From Felis catus (lineage: Eukaryota): a stretch of 64,000 nucleotides of DNA. The DNA lies in the NCBI RefSeq assembly GCF_018350175.1, contig NC_058368.1:24802001-24866000 (forward strand), written 5' to 3'. Below, piece after piece: positions 24,228 through 36,664 of the stretch (the stretch's first letter is position 1; every line of letters begins with the position of its first letter). The position numbers and the translations under genes are program-made. The notes beneath the pieces are model-generated. The model did no database searches, was not told the origin of the DNA, and worked only from the letters and a program-made list of their open reading frames with translations.

Positions 24228-24400
24228 TATAAAAAGGAAGTGGTAAGACGTTTCTGAATTTCAGTGTGACCTGTTCTGTCAGGTGATTCTTGTGGGGGAG
24301 GAGACACGAGAAAAAAAAAAAAAGTTAGGTAAAATGTCCTTATAAAGACAAAATCTATTTCTTTCCTGCCTGATGATTTGTCACTCTAGTCACTTCCTGC
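24228..24400 (+). promoter_or_regulatory. LCP1: LCP1 core promoter (non-CpG-island)
   Basis: PU.1-type AAAAAGGAAGTG at 24231-24242; TATAAA at 24341-24346 inside CCTTATAAAG; Inr-like TCACTTC at 24390-24396 overlapping the ETS site CACTTCCTG. Confidence 0.75.
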
Positions 24401-24502
24401 CTTGTGACCGCGTACCCGGGTTTGACAAAGTTGTTCTGCAGATCAGAAAGAAGGGGGTTTCTGGTCACACGCCAGTACCACTGAGGACAGTTTTTCAACA
24501 AG
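24392..24502 (+). other. LCP1: LCP1 non-coding exon 1 (5'UTR)
   Basis: ACTTCCTGCCTTGTGACC...GTTCTGCAGATCAGAAAGAAGGGG...CAAG|GTAAAA matches the recalled human LCP1 5'UTR, which continues into ATCTGTT..AAAGCAATAAAAATG as seen at 43542. Start is approximate; donor at 24503. Confidence 0.88.
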
Positions 24503-24782
24503 GTAAAATTTCTTAATGTCTTTTTGTCATTTCTAAGTGCTCATGATGTTTTTCCTGCTTGGGCGGCTCTGTTTCTGTGGGTTGTGGGTTTTGCCTTCAG
24601 GGGACTGAGACCTGAGCACCTGTCACCCGAGCCCTCTGTGAACCATGTCACCGTTTAACTGCCCAGCCAAGCTGTAGCCACCCCATGTGGCTGTCCAGAG
24701 TCGGACCCCTCAGTTCTGTGGGGTGGCTTCTTCTCTAGTTATCCACAGTTAGCACCCCCAAAACCAGGATTCTTTTTTTCCC

Positions 24783-25018
24783 TTTTACTTTATTTTTATT
24801 TTTTTATGTTTGTTCATTTTTGAGAGCGAGAGAGAGAGAGACAGAGACAGAGCATGAGTGGGGGTGGGTGCAGAGAGAGAGGGAGACAGAATCTGAAGCA
24901 GGCTCCAGGCTCTGAGCTGTCAACACAGAGCCCGACACAGGGCTCGAACTCAAGAGCAGTGAGACCTTGACCTGAGCCGAATTTGGACGCCCAACGAAAT
25001 GAGCCACCCAGGTGCCCC
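24783..25018 (-). mobile_element. SINEC in LCP1 intron 1
   Basis: Antisense SINE ending in GAGCCACCCAGGTGCCCC. Confidence 0.92.
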
Positions 25019-28000
25019 CTTTTTTTTCCCCCCCTTTCAAACCAAACCATGTTTTGATTTATTTCTCTAGCTTTATCTCGGGGACGCTATTTACTGTGAT
25101 TTGATCTACTTTAAAATGTTTTCAGGAAAGTGGGTATTGATCATTTAGATTGTGCTGCTCATTGGCCTGGTGGGAGTAGTTTAATTTTAGCTCCCCTGCT
25201 TCTGTTTTTCTAAAAAGTTTCTTTACAGCATTTGAGTGGATGTATTAACGTCTTGAGTCATATGTTGCTGAGTGTGTTACTGGTTATTTGAGTGATTTTG
25301 GTGCCAGTGGTTTTAATGGGTATGTCTGATAACCACAAGGAAGCGGAGGCGCCTTTTCTTCATTTACTCTCTAAAAATAAAAGCAATTTGCGTGGCTTAA
25401 TTGTACTGTTTTTGCACAATTGTTTGAACTATTGCTTAGGCTGATGACCAAACAAATGGCCGTTAAATTCTGGATGAAAGGCTTCTGTCTACATCAGAAA
25501 TCCTGATAAAGTCGACATGGAATATTTACTCCAGAAGCTCTGTTGAAACGTAGACTTTAAATCTTGTAGCGTCGGCATTCATTTAATTATCGTTATCCAA
25601 CAGTATTAACAACCATTGACAGATGATAAGCATAAAAGCCATTCAGACTGGCAATGGCTTAATTTATCAGGGTACTTATCAAAACCCAATTTTTCTTATT
25701 CAAGGATAGCAACTCATTTTTTCAAGTTAGTTCCCCAGGGCAACTTAAAAAAAAAAAAAAACCTATCAGTCAACAACGCTGGTTTATTCGCCGTGTCTTA
25801 GTTTTGAATTTACATAAATTTATCATAATTGGTTTCTATTAAATAAAACATTTCAAAGAACCATCTGCACAGGCAAATTTGAATGGAATTAGCCATTTAC
25901 CTATAAATGTGAATTTCTGAAAGTTGCAAAATGTGGGCATCAATGTGTTTTACACATCTCTCGTGAGTGGTTTTAAACTAGCAAAAATGTGGAATTGGGG
26001 GAGGAGGACCTGAGCCCCAGAAAAGAACAAATTAAAAAAAATGCTCTATCTTCTTTCCAGTAAAAATATTAATGAGAACAAAATAAATTAGAGTGTGAAG
26101 GTATGTCAGTCTTTTCCTTACTTTGGAAGGAAATGAAATGGAATGTGAAAAAGTTAATTCAAAGTAGAGAAAAAAGTCTCTTGATTTAAATCAAGTTTAG
26201 ACTGTTAAAGTGTCAACCTGATACTCTATAAAATATCCATTTCTCTTCTGTCTAGCTCACCCCCAGTAGCATCAGGGAAGAATCTTCTGGGTCCTACCCA
26301 TTGATCAAGCACTGTTATGGTGGGACATTTCATTACCTATCTGAAGGATGCTTTTCTTGGTCACATTTAAAATTTTATTTCCTTTAACTTACAAAGCATG
26401 CCTTGAAACAATCAGTAATTTGGGAAACAATTTCAGTATTTTAATACCATTTATAAACCTTCTTCTGGTCCCTGTGAAGAAGGGAGGCCAACAAGTAAAG
26501 TCCCATTCAAATATGACCTACTTAGAGAGGACAAGACAAGTAATAACAATATTATTATATTATAATATTTATACCTACTTACAACATGTAGCCACTCCTT
26601 ATGCATTATCTCACATAATGCCTTTAGACATGAGGCGGGGGGCTTACCGTGGAAGCAACTGGCTCACTGTCACTGGGCTACTGGAGGGGTCGAGGGATGT
26701 TAGACAGTCATGATTTCCAGCTCCATGTTGCTTCTCTATAAGCATCTGTCTCTTCTAGGTCCCTTCTTCCACACCAGCATATTTTTTTCCCAGATGTAGA
26801 TCATTAGAAGCTTTTATTTCTGAAGCTGACTGAGGAGACCTTGGTGCTCATAATTTTAAAGGAAAGAGAAGAGAAAAAAATTTGCAATAAACCCAGAAGC
26901 TTTTTTTGTCTTTATAAGTAAGAGATATCGTTGTGGGTTTCAGGTAATGAGTGCAGAATCCTCTTTTAGAGAATGAAGAAGTATCCTCTCTTAATTAATG
27001 TATAATTTTACCAAAGAATTGTACGCCTTCACAAACTTGCCTCAACCACTTCCCCAACCTTATTTCTTGTCACTTCCTTCTGCTCTGGCTGCCCTCCATC
27101 CTCTCACCCCCCCTCATTTGCCCATGTTCTGGGTGCACAAGACCACAAGCTGCCAGAAAGTTCCATGCTTTCACTTCTTTTTGCTCCAACTGTTGCTCTG
27201 ATTGCTTTCTTATTTATAAAACTTACAGTCAGTTTTCAAGACTCACTTCAAGAAACGAGTCCTTTTGGAAGTCTTCCCTATGGAACCCTTCGGCCATCTT
27301 CCTTGCCCCACGAACAGTTTCTTCTGTGTGTGTGTCTGTTTAACGTTTTGATCTTAGAATAAGTATAGCAGTAACCATAATTGCTTAAGTTTCAATTCCT
27401 TGTTTGACAGCCTGAGCTCCTTCTTAGCTCTCCTAGCACGTGGTCAGCACTAATGATATTTATTGAATTGGAAATTTGTCACACGTATTTTCTCTCAGCT
27501 ACTTAGAGATGCATGGAAGTCTTTTCTTTGATTTCACTTATGAACTTATTATTTACTGAGTTCCTCACAGTGATGGCTGTGAAAGGAGATATAGTAATCA
27601 TACGGTATTTTGCATTCTACCATGCTTCCTCTTTGCCAAAGCACCATTCTTCATTTTAGCCTCAAAGCACTGAATGGACATTGAGTGCAAGGTATTTAGG
27701 AAATTTCCCAATGACCATCACAAACAGACAAAATTACAATCTTACTGTTTTGGCCTAAACACAATCAATGACCTCAAACTTAGCTACACTTACTGAAACT
27801 GTTGTAGTTGATAATGGGCTTCTTTGATGACAGGGAACCTAAGAACAGGTATTGGTAACTTTTGCTTAGTTACTTTGGATTATTCTAGAAAGTTCTCAAG
27901 TCAACTTCTCCTCATTACTTGTAGAATAAAGACCCCCCATATATAGAGGAGAGAGGGCAAACACATTTTGATATCAGTCTAGGTGAAATAAAATTCACAA

Positions 28001-29608
28001 ACTTGCTCATAAGATTCCATTAACCAAGAGTCAAAATTTATAAAGCAAGATTGTAAAGGCACCAGACTTTATGATTAATAGATTTTGTGGCAGAGTAACA
28101 TTATTTATATTAGTCTAATTGTTTCTTTAGGGCTTTTTGTCAGCTAGTTTCCCAACTCACAGAAACCACCAACCAAAATGATGCTGTGCCATCTACATAC
28201 TGAGCCCTGCGGGCATAATAAACATTAGCATTAGAGCTCCACCGAAATGTCAAACTAACCAGTGTCAACAGATTCCAAGAGTTTCAAGTTTCCCTGTTTT
28301 GCCAGATGGCAAGGCACTTACATCAAAAGCGTCCCATGTTTCACGCCGTTTTCATTTTGAAGTTCTGAGAAGTTGCCACCAGATTAGACGTTCACATTTT
28401 TAGGGGCATCTCCCTACAGCTGCTGAAGACACACAGGGCTGCCCAGATGGCATCTCCCGTGGCTTTCCTCAGTTCCCTTCTGAGTCCATTTCCTTAAACT
28501 ATTGACTGTCCCCATTGTTTTGGGTTTGCCAAGTTTCAGTGATTACATCAGTCTTCCCAGTAATTTCATCATCGCTTCATCTTGTAACCTACAGCAAGCA
28601 CCAGAGCGGGGAAGAAAGAATTTCAGTTTACCACCCTAATAATGATAGCTAACACTCGTGTACTACTCACTCGGGATGGAGTATTTTTTGCGTTTTAACC
28701 AATACTGATATATTTAGTCATCCCTACGATCCTGTGAGGTAGTTACTGGTGTTATCTTCATACGTGAAGAAAGCCAGTCCATTCAGATGGTTTATTACTT
28801 TAATTTTCTACATTTGAATCCGTTTTTTATATAACTGCTGAATTCCAGGAGAAATAATATTCTCCTGGAATAAACAGGCAGCAGACCATGGGGCTTATTT
28901 GTACCTAAGCTCTGGAGTCGAGCTCAAATAATGATAATTTATCCCAAATAAATGGATCTGTATTCCAATTGCTTTTATCAGACAGATTCCTCCTCTTCCT
29001 TTTCTTCTTTTCCTTCTCCTTCTCCTTCATCACCATCACCATCAGTATCTACCCAGCACCTCTCTGCACTTGACTATTTAGTTTTTACCAATTTATCGAT
29101 CTCTGCATGGGTCGCAAAATATGATTTCCATCCTCAAAAGCTTTGAAAAGTTTTCAGTCTTAAAAGGTTAGAATACTTTCAGTCAAGTTTTATTCACCTT
29201 TTTGACTGTTGTGACTGATAGACCCAAATAAATTAGACGATTTAGTATTTACACTGGAACACCCATATCTCTAATTGTACAGTCGTGGCCAAACATAGGT
29301 GCCCTAAATACTGTGAAAGAATGCAAGATTGTTTTAATTGTGAGTTGAAAAAGTTGTGAGGCGTAAAAAGTGACCCACTTAGGGGCTTAAAATGAGTTTT
29401 GCTCGACTTCAGAGCCACGCCTGTGTGTCAGCCCCATTTATAAGTTACAAGGAGGCTTGTTTCTCAAATATGGTCATTGGGTTTTTTCTGGTGGAAGGAA
29501 AAGCTGCAATGTTAAATTGAGGAACTCGCACAGCCACAGTCCTGTGGTTGCAGCATTGATTCGTGTTTTAGTCCAGCAGCAGTTACATAGCCAGTGGATG
29601 CTCTCTGC

Positions 29609-29640
29609 CTTATCTGTCTTATCTGTCTTATCTGTCTCTG

Positions 29641-29693
<53 letters not shown>
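29609..29693 (+). repeat. Compound microsatellite (TTATCTGTC)3-(TCTG/TCTCTG)n-(TC)n-(AC)n
   Basis: Read directly from the sequence. Confidence 0.9.
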
Positions 29694-32142
29694 TCTTTCT
29701 GAGTGGCTGAACTAAAATGGAAAAGAGATTATGTTCTCCACCGGCAGAAAAGCCAAGACACCGAATTCTGCAGGCAAATTAATTATGCATGTGAATTGCA
29801 ATCTCCGGATAATTTGTTTTCCTTTTTTCTCTGGTTGTACTTTCAGGGGGGAAGTGAATTAATGGAATAATTACTTTGCATTTAAACAACACCCTGCATG
29901 TTGATCCCTCAGTCGGGTAGTCAGTACCGAAATTTATCTAAGCTGTGTACCCAAATCTTATATGAAGTGAAGAGGTGCACAAATGTATGTGTATAAAATT
30001 TGCATCTTCTTCCTTTTCTCCCACAAAATTTAGAATTAGAATTGCATCTTTGTTCATCTCTGGGGTAACATTTTAAAATGTGGGTCCTCTACACCTCCTT
30101 GACATCATCAGCCCACGTTATTTTCACTGGGTGGGGGTGGGGGGTCCTTAGGGGAGAAATCTGGGCGATACATGCAAAGTGAAAGTAAGAAAAAAAATGA
30201 GCAACGCCTATGCTGTTATGCCCCCCTTCTTCATCTTGACAATGTGAAATGAACTCTCCCTGTCATTTCCAGTGCTTTGTAAACATTAAAAAAAAAAATC
30301 CCTTTGGAAAGATAGAATAGTATGGTCACCTTTGAGAAATTTTTCAGATTTTTCCCTTCCCTTGTTGTCTTTCAGATGAAGTCTTTTCATCAACATATCC
30401 TTGATCCTTTGTTTCTTTCCTATGACCACAGAGTAAAGGCAATTGGGATACTTAATCTGTCCGATCATATATAAAGTATACAATATAGAATGTATTTAAT
30501 ATTATGTATCATCTTAGTTTTTTAAAGTTTGTGAGTCTATCTGTAATTTCTGTGCATGAAACAAACAGGTATGATATTCAGAAGACAGAGCAAATTTGGA
30601 GGCAAATTTGGATTCGTATTTTGGTCTTTTACTAAGTGTGGAGCCTGAGCAAGTCTCAGTTTCCTCATCTATGAAATAGGAGAAAGCACTGTCTGTTTCC
30701 TAGAACTGTTCTTGGGGTCATTTTCCTTTCCCATTTCCCCATGCCATCAGTCTGTCTGCACAGTCACTCTACGACACTCATCATCACTGTGGACTGACCG
30801 AGCCCTCGCCATTCGCTGGGCGTTGTGCTGAACACTTGACATATATTTACTCTTGCATTTCAACACAAAAGATGCATAAGGTTGATATCGTCATATTCTT
30901 ATAACAGATGACCAAACTGAGGTTCATGGAGGATTAAGTCCAAGGTCCCAGAGCCAGTCAAGTGCCAGAACCAAGATTTACACCCTGCCTCTTTCCCATT
31001 TTATATTCACAGTTTCTTAAAGGTGATTTAAAATTTTGACAAAAGAAATGATATATATCGCATATCCCAGTATAAATTGGTATCGGTAAATATTTGCCAA
31101 CCAAACTGTGGCTTCCAACAGACTGAAGATATGTATAGCCCGTCAAATTAATACAAATTTCCTGCCTCCATGTATCTGTTAGTCCTCATTTTCTTTTTTT
31201 TTTTTTTTTGAGAATGAGTTTGTCATTAGAGATTCTGGAACAACGACCCCAATGAGCCTATAGAAAATGAGGTCACATTGTTAAGAATAAATAGAAGCTT
31301 CTGTTGTAATTGCGAACATACAAATGTGTGCTGCGTATTGTCTTGGTATTTTTCCAGCTCCAACAATCATAGAGAAAATGCCCAGAGAATGAGGGAGTGG
31401 AGAGCAGACAGAAGTAGGGCACAAGCTCACAGAATCCGTCCCCTGGACACCTGCGATTAAGGAGACATTGCCCGATGGTCCCCATCACAGATACTCATAG
31501 ATCTCATTTCTTTTGGTGACTCATGGAGATGTGGTCAGGCTTTTCTTAAGATTGCTATACATTTTCCCACTCTGGCCACACTTCCTCAACTGTTAGAAGG
31601 TACTTTCCACCGTCAGTATTTCAGGCAAGATTAAGCCCCTTGACCACTCAACCTCAGATCAGCCAATACCAATGCTGTTGACTTCTGGTTATGTCAGGTA
31701 GCACTTCTGCAATACCTTTTGCAACCGACTTCAAGAACTCTGTATGAGAAATGTGCTAAAAGAACCAAAACGAGCCACACTAAGACCATTTGAAGGTAGA
31801 ACACAGAAGTGAAATATAGATTTACATACACACAGACCTACATATAACATACATACAATTAAGCGTGGATTTTAAGTGGTGACTCTACATAATACTTGAT
31901 ACAATTTATGGTGGAAATTGCGTTTATTCCCCAAGATGATTTTGTGAAACTTCTTTTTTTTTTATTTCCCCGTTCATTTCTTCCTTGCTTTCTTCTTTCC
32001 TTCCTTCATTAAGCACTGTTGTATACAATTTAAATCCTCTGTCTCATTTAATTCTAATACAACCCTATGGAGTGAGCACTGTAAATTGCATTACTAATAG
32101 CGCTTTTTTACATATGAAGAAACTGAGGCTCAGAAAATTTAA

Positions 32143-32355
32143 GGAGCACCTAGTTGGCTTAGTCAGTTAGGTGTCCGACTCTTGATTTCAGCTCAGGTCA
32201 TGATCTCAAAGTTCATGAGTTCCAGCCCCACGCCAGGCTCATGCTGGGTTTGGAGCCTGCTTGGAATTCTCTCTCCTTCACTCTGTGCCCCTCCCTGACT
32301 CACACGCATGTGCTCAATCTTTCTCTCTCTCTCAAAATAAATAAACTTAAAAAAA
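32143..32355 (+). mobile_element. SINEC (first of a tandem pair, inside a MIR)
   Basis: GGAGCACCTAGTTGGCTTAGTCAG head; A tail. Confidence 0.9.
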
Positions 32356-32365
32356 AATTTAAGGA

Positions 32366-32586
32366 GGGCCACCTGGGTGGCCCCGTCGGTTAAGCGTCCG
32401 ACTTCAGCTCAGGTCATGATCTTGTGGTCCATGGGTTCAAGCCCCGTGTCAGGCTTGCATCTGTCAGCCTGTCGGCGCAGAGCCTGGAGCCTGCTTCGGA
32501 TTCTGTGTGTGTGTGTCTCTCTCTCTGCCCCTCCCCTGCTCGTGCTCTGTCTCTCAGAAAGAAAGAAATGTTAAATTTTTTTTTTT
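32366..32586 (+). mobile_element. SINEC (second of the tandem pair)
   Basis: GGGCCACCTGGGTGGCCCCGTCGGTTAAGCG head. Confidence 0.9.
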
Positions 32587-33487
32587 AATTTAAGGAATGT
32601 GTACAAAAACACATAGCAAGAAGCAGTTGCATAGAAAACTCATCATCTTTTCACTGATGCTTCCTAGTTTATTATCGATATACAATTGTATATGTAATTT
32701 CACAAAGGAAGACAGGATCATTAACATTTGGATGAGGATTTTGGATGCCTGAAATGGATTATTGCTGGCTTGGACTAGGAGAAAGGCAGCTTGTGTTGTT
32801 GCAGTAGGTGAGGCTGTAAACTGTGGAGCCTAGGCCATTCCTGAAAGACGTGGTTGAAGAAACTTCTCCCCTTGTTTTCCTCTCCATCGACATCTCCGAG
32901 GTATAAAGTACATTTCATGGATTTTGCATCCCTAGGTTTTTGTTTTTTTTTTAATCTGTTACGTCGCTTAAGTGTTTAGTTGACTTCTGTTTTTCCCATA
33001 CCTTGGCTAAACCAAACGACAATTCTCAAGGCTCTACTTCGCTTTTCAGACCAATCACTGACTCACTTTGAGACTTTGGGGAGTAACTTCACTTTTCAGG
33101 GCCCCATTTCCCATTTTCTAACATATCCAGTTCCTTCCTCACTTTGTAGGGCTGTATTTTCTACATGGGAGATGGCGATAGAAGGAGGAATCTCTGTCCA
33201 TAATAACAAACCCAAAATGGCCTCCAGACACAGTGGTTTTGTTGCATTAGGGAGCTGCGGAGTATTTGTATGACCTGAAGGGGATGCCTTCAGCATTGTG
33301 GCGGAAGATAGCAGGGAGAGCTAGATCACCAAGCTTTTTCTTCTGGAAACAAGAGCTGGTGAGGAAGGCAACCACATTGGCACTTCCCTAAACTCTTCTA
33401 GGGGCCTCCTGGGCCAGTCATACTAAACCCCCAACGGCTTCCTTGGTGACCTTCTCTTGCTTGAAAATAGGGCTATTTTCTCCTATA

Positions 33488-33954
33488 CAGTAGTCCCCCC
33501 CTTATCCACGGCTTCGCTTTCCACAGTTTCAGTTACCCGCGGTCAACCGCGGTCCGGAAGCAAAATATCCTCCTCCTGACATTTTATCAGAAGGTAAAAG
33601 GTCAACAGTAGCCCAGTGCTACGTCCCACCACCTACGTCATTCACCTCACCTCGTGTCACCACGTAGGCATTTTATCATCTCACATCATCACAAGAAGGG
33701 TGAGTACAGTACAAAAAAATATTTTGAGAGTGAGACCACATTCACATAACTCTTATTGCAGAATATTGTGAGAATTGTTCTGTTTCATTAATTATCGTTA
33801 GTTTCTTACTGTGCCTAATTTATAAATTGTACTTTGTCATAGTTGTGTATGTATAAGGGAAAACATAGTATTTATTAGATTTGGTACTACCCGTGGTCGC
33901 AGGCATCCGCTGGGGGTCTTGGAACACAGCCCCTGTGGATAATGGGGACCACAG
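33488..33954 (+). mobile_element. MER44/Tigger7-family MITE
   Basis: TA|CAGTAGTCCCCCCCTTATCCACGG ... CTGTGGATAATGGGGACCACAG|TG TIRs; internal text matches the recalled MER44B. Confidence 0.88.
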
Positions 33955-35194
33955 TGTGGAGAAATGGAGTGCCGCTCTCCACTTTGTCTTTTTGGAAAAT
34001 TCCAACTGGTTCTTTGAGATGTAGCTCAAGGAAAGTTAATATTGCCTTCTTTGGAGACGTCTCCCTTCTCCTCTGGGGCAGAGTTAAGTGCTTCTCCCTC
34101 TCTGCTCCCACAGCGCCGTGATAATAACACAGTTAGAACGTGAAGGTCAGCGTGGCCTCTAAGTGGCAGTCGGCACTTCCCTTCACAGGATTGTGTGTCC
34201 TTCAAGAGCAAGGATTCTTTGCTATTCATCGCTGCATCTCCAGCCCTAGAAGGAGGCCAGGGCTTTATTCAATGTGATGGGATGACAGGTGTGGCGCTAC
34301 TAAGGAAGAGCACCCCTTGTCCCCCAGAGACAGGAGGAGGCACAGGCAGGAATGGGCATGGTCACCCTGGCGGTGTTCTTGCTCCTAACTCTCCCCTGAA
34401 GATGTTGAGGAACTGAAGGGAACTTCTCCAAAGAGCCCGGGAAGGTTGTAGCCATAGGTAAAACCTTGCCAAGCGTGTGTATCCCCAGCGAACTCGAGGT
34501 CAGAGCTGAGTAACCCCGAAGGAGAGCAGAGAACCTTAAGGTACAGAAATCCAGTGACCCCCAGATACGAGGAAAGCTGCCTCCAGGAAGACCTACATCG
34601 TGTTGGCCTGTAGTGGGGTGTAGGGTGCCTCAACCGACCCCCAGGCTCTGTGCCAGCCTGAGGCTTCCCTAGTTCACAGCAAGGTAACCCTGGGCCAGTT
34701 ATTAAAATCTCAGTTCCCTCGTCTCTGAAGAGCAAATCATAACAGCGTTCCCTAGGACTGTGGCTCAAGGTAAATGCATATAAAACACTTAGCGTTGAAG
34801 AAGCACTCAGTAAACGTTACCTGGCCTTCTCATTTGTCTTTTAGCCATTGTTTTCTTGGACTCCAACAAAAACGGAGAGCATATTCTCTGGAGAGAATAT
34901 GGATTAATCATCCGGCATGAATAAGAAAAAAGACTGACTGAACCCTAAGCATTTTCTCCTCTGTGGAATCCCAGGTCACCTGTCACTTCCTGTGGGGCCG
35001 TGCCTGGCTCTCCGGGAGAGAGCCATTTCCCCGCTTCCTCTGGCTCTAAATTGCCCCCTGTATTCTAGTGACTGGTGTCTCTCTTCCCTACGAACCAGGC
35101 CACGGCCACGTCTTACCTTTGTGTTGCCAGCATCTAGCCCAGGACCTGGCATATAGTAGGTATTCGGCAGATATTTACCGAAAGAGGAAATGCG

Positions 35195-35390
35195 GGGGCA
35201 CCTGGGTGGCTCAGTCAGTTAAGCGTTCGACTCTTGGTTTCGGCTCAGGTCACGATCTCCCGGTTCGTGGGATCGAGCCGCCTGTCGGACTCTGCCCTGG
35301 CAGCGTGGAGCCTGCTTGGGATTTTCCCTCTCTTTTCCTCTGTCTCTGCCCCTGCCCTGCTCACGCCGTCTCTGACTCTCTCAAAATAAG
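35195..35390 (+). mobile_element. SINEC
   Basis: GGGGCACCTGGGTGGCTCAGTCAG head. Confidence 0.9.
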
Positions 35391-35896
35391 GAAATCAAGA
35401 CATGCACAGATGTATACATTTGTTTAGTAGCAGATATTTAGAGTTCCCAGAGGGTTTTCATAGTCCAGATGGTGATATGCAGATTACATCCCGGTGAACT
35501 CCAGCACCCGTTCCTTGCTATTTCGTCTGTGCTCCTGGTTCACTGGCTTAGAGCATCCTGGCCAGTTTTACCCTCCTTTCGGCCACTGCTGTCTCCACGG
35601 TTCCTTTCCTGTCCTCTCAGAGTCAGGCACGTAGTTATCTGGAGACCCCACCGCCAGGCATCACAGTGGCCAGCAGGGTTTATAAGACAGCTTGGAGGCC
35701 CAGCCCCGGGCTGTGCCACCCTAGGCAGAGACCCGCTGGTGGCTGGCAGGGTGGGGCCAGGGAGCATCCTTTAACTTGGGTGTCATTTCTCTCCTCTGCG
35801 GCGGGAGGAACATGGCCAGATAGGTCATCTCTGCGGTCCCTTCACTGCCACCTTCCGTGTCTCTGTTACCCTTCTGTCACTTAAGAAAGTGGGCTT

Positions 35897-36129
35897 GGGG
35901 GTGCCTGGGTGGCGCAGTCGGTTAAGCGTCCGACTTTAGCCAGGTCACGATCTCGCGGTCCGGGAGTTCGAGCCCCGCGTCGGGCTCTGGGCTGATGGCT
36001 CAGAGCCTGGAGCCTGTTTCCGATTCTGTGTCTCCCTCTCTCTCTGTCCCTCCCCCGTTCATGCTCTGTCTCTCTCTGTCCCAAAAATAAATAAACGTTG
36101 AAAAAAAATTAAAAAAAAAAAAAAAAAAA
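35897..36129 (+). mobile_element. SINEC_Fc, young subfamily
   Basis: Near-consensus body, long A tail; TSD AAGAAAGTGGGCTT(GG). Confidence 0.95.
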
Positions 36130-36440
36130 AAGAAAGTGGGCTTGGACCCAGACCATAGCAAAGAAAACTGTTAAAGGCTTGGACGACAAGCCCCCAGAAG
36201 CAGGTTAAAAGAATTGTTTTGAAAGGTCTGGTGGCAGTCGTTAAAGGCAGGTGACAGAATCTTTATGAATTGAGCAGCTTCTCTAATTCCCCCCTGAGAA
36301 TAGCCTGAGAGAGAGAGAGAGAGAGAGAGAGAGCTTTCATCGTATCAGAAAAGATTTAGGTTACAGGGTAGCGATTTGAGACATCGGAGAGGTTGTAGGG
36401 TTTCCTGATTCGGATATTTTTAAGAAAATAGTAGATGGCT

Positions 36441-36664
36441 GGGGCGCCTGGGTGGCGCAGTCGGTTAACCGTCCGACTTCAGCCAGGTCACGATCTCGCG
36501 GTCCGTGAGTTCGAGCCCCGCGTCAGGCTCTGGGCTGATGGCTCAGAGCCTGAAGCCTGTTTCCGATTCTGTGTCTCCCTCTCTCTCTGCCCCTCCCCCA
36601 TTCATGCTCTGTCTCTCTCTGTCCCAAAAATAAATAAACGTTGAAAAAAAATTAAAAAAAAAAA
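36441..36664 (+). mobile_element. SINEC_Fc, young subfamily
   Basis: Perfect 19-bp TSD AAGAAAATAGTAGATGGCT at 36422-36440 and 36665-36683. Confidence 0.95.
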
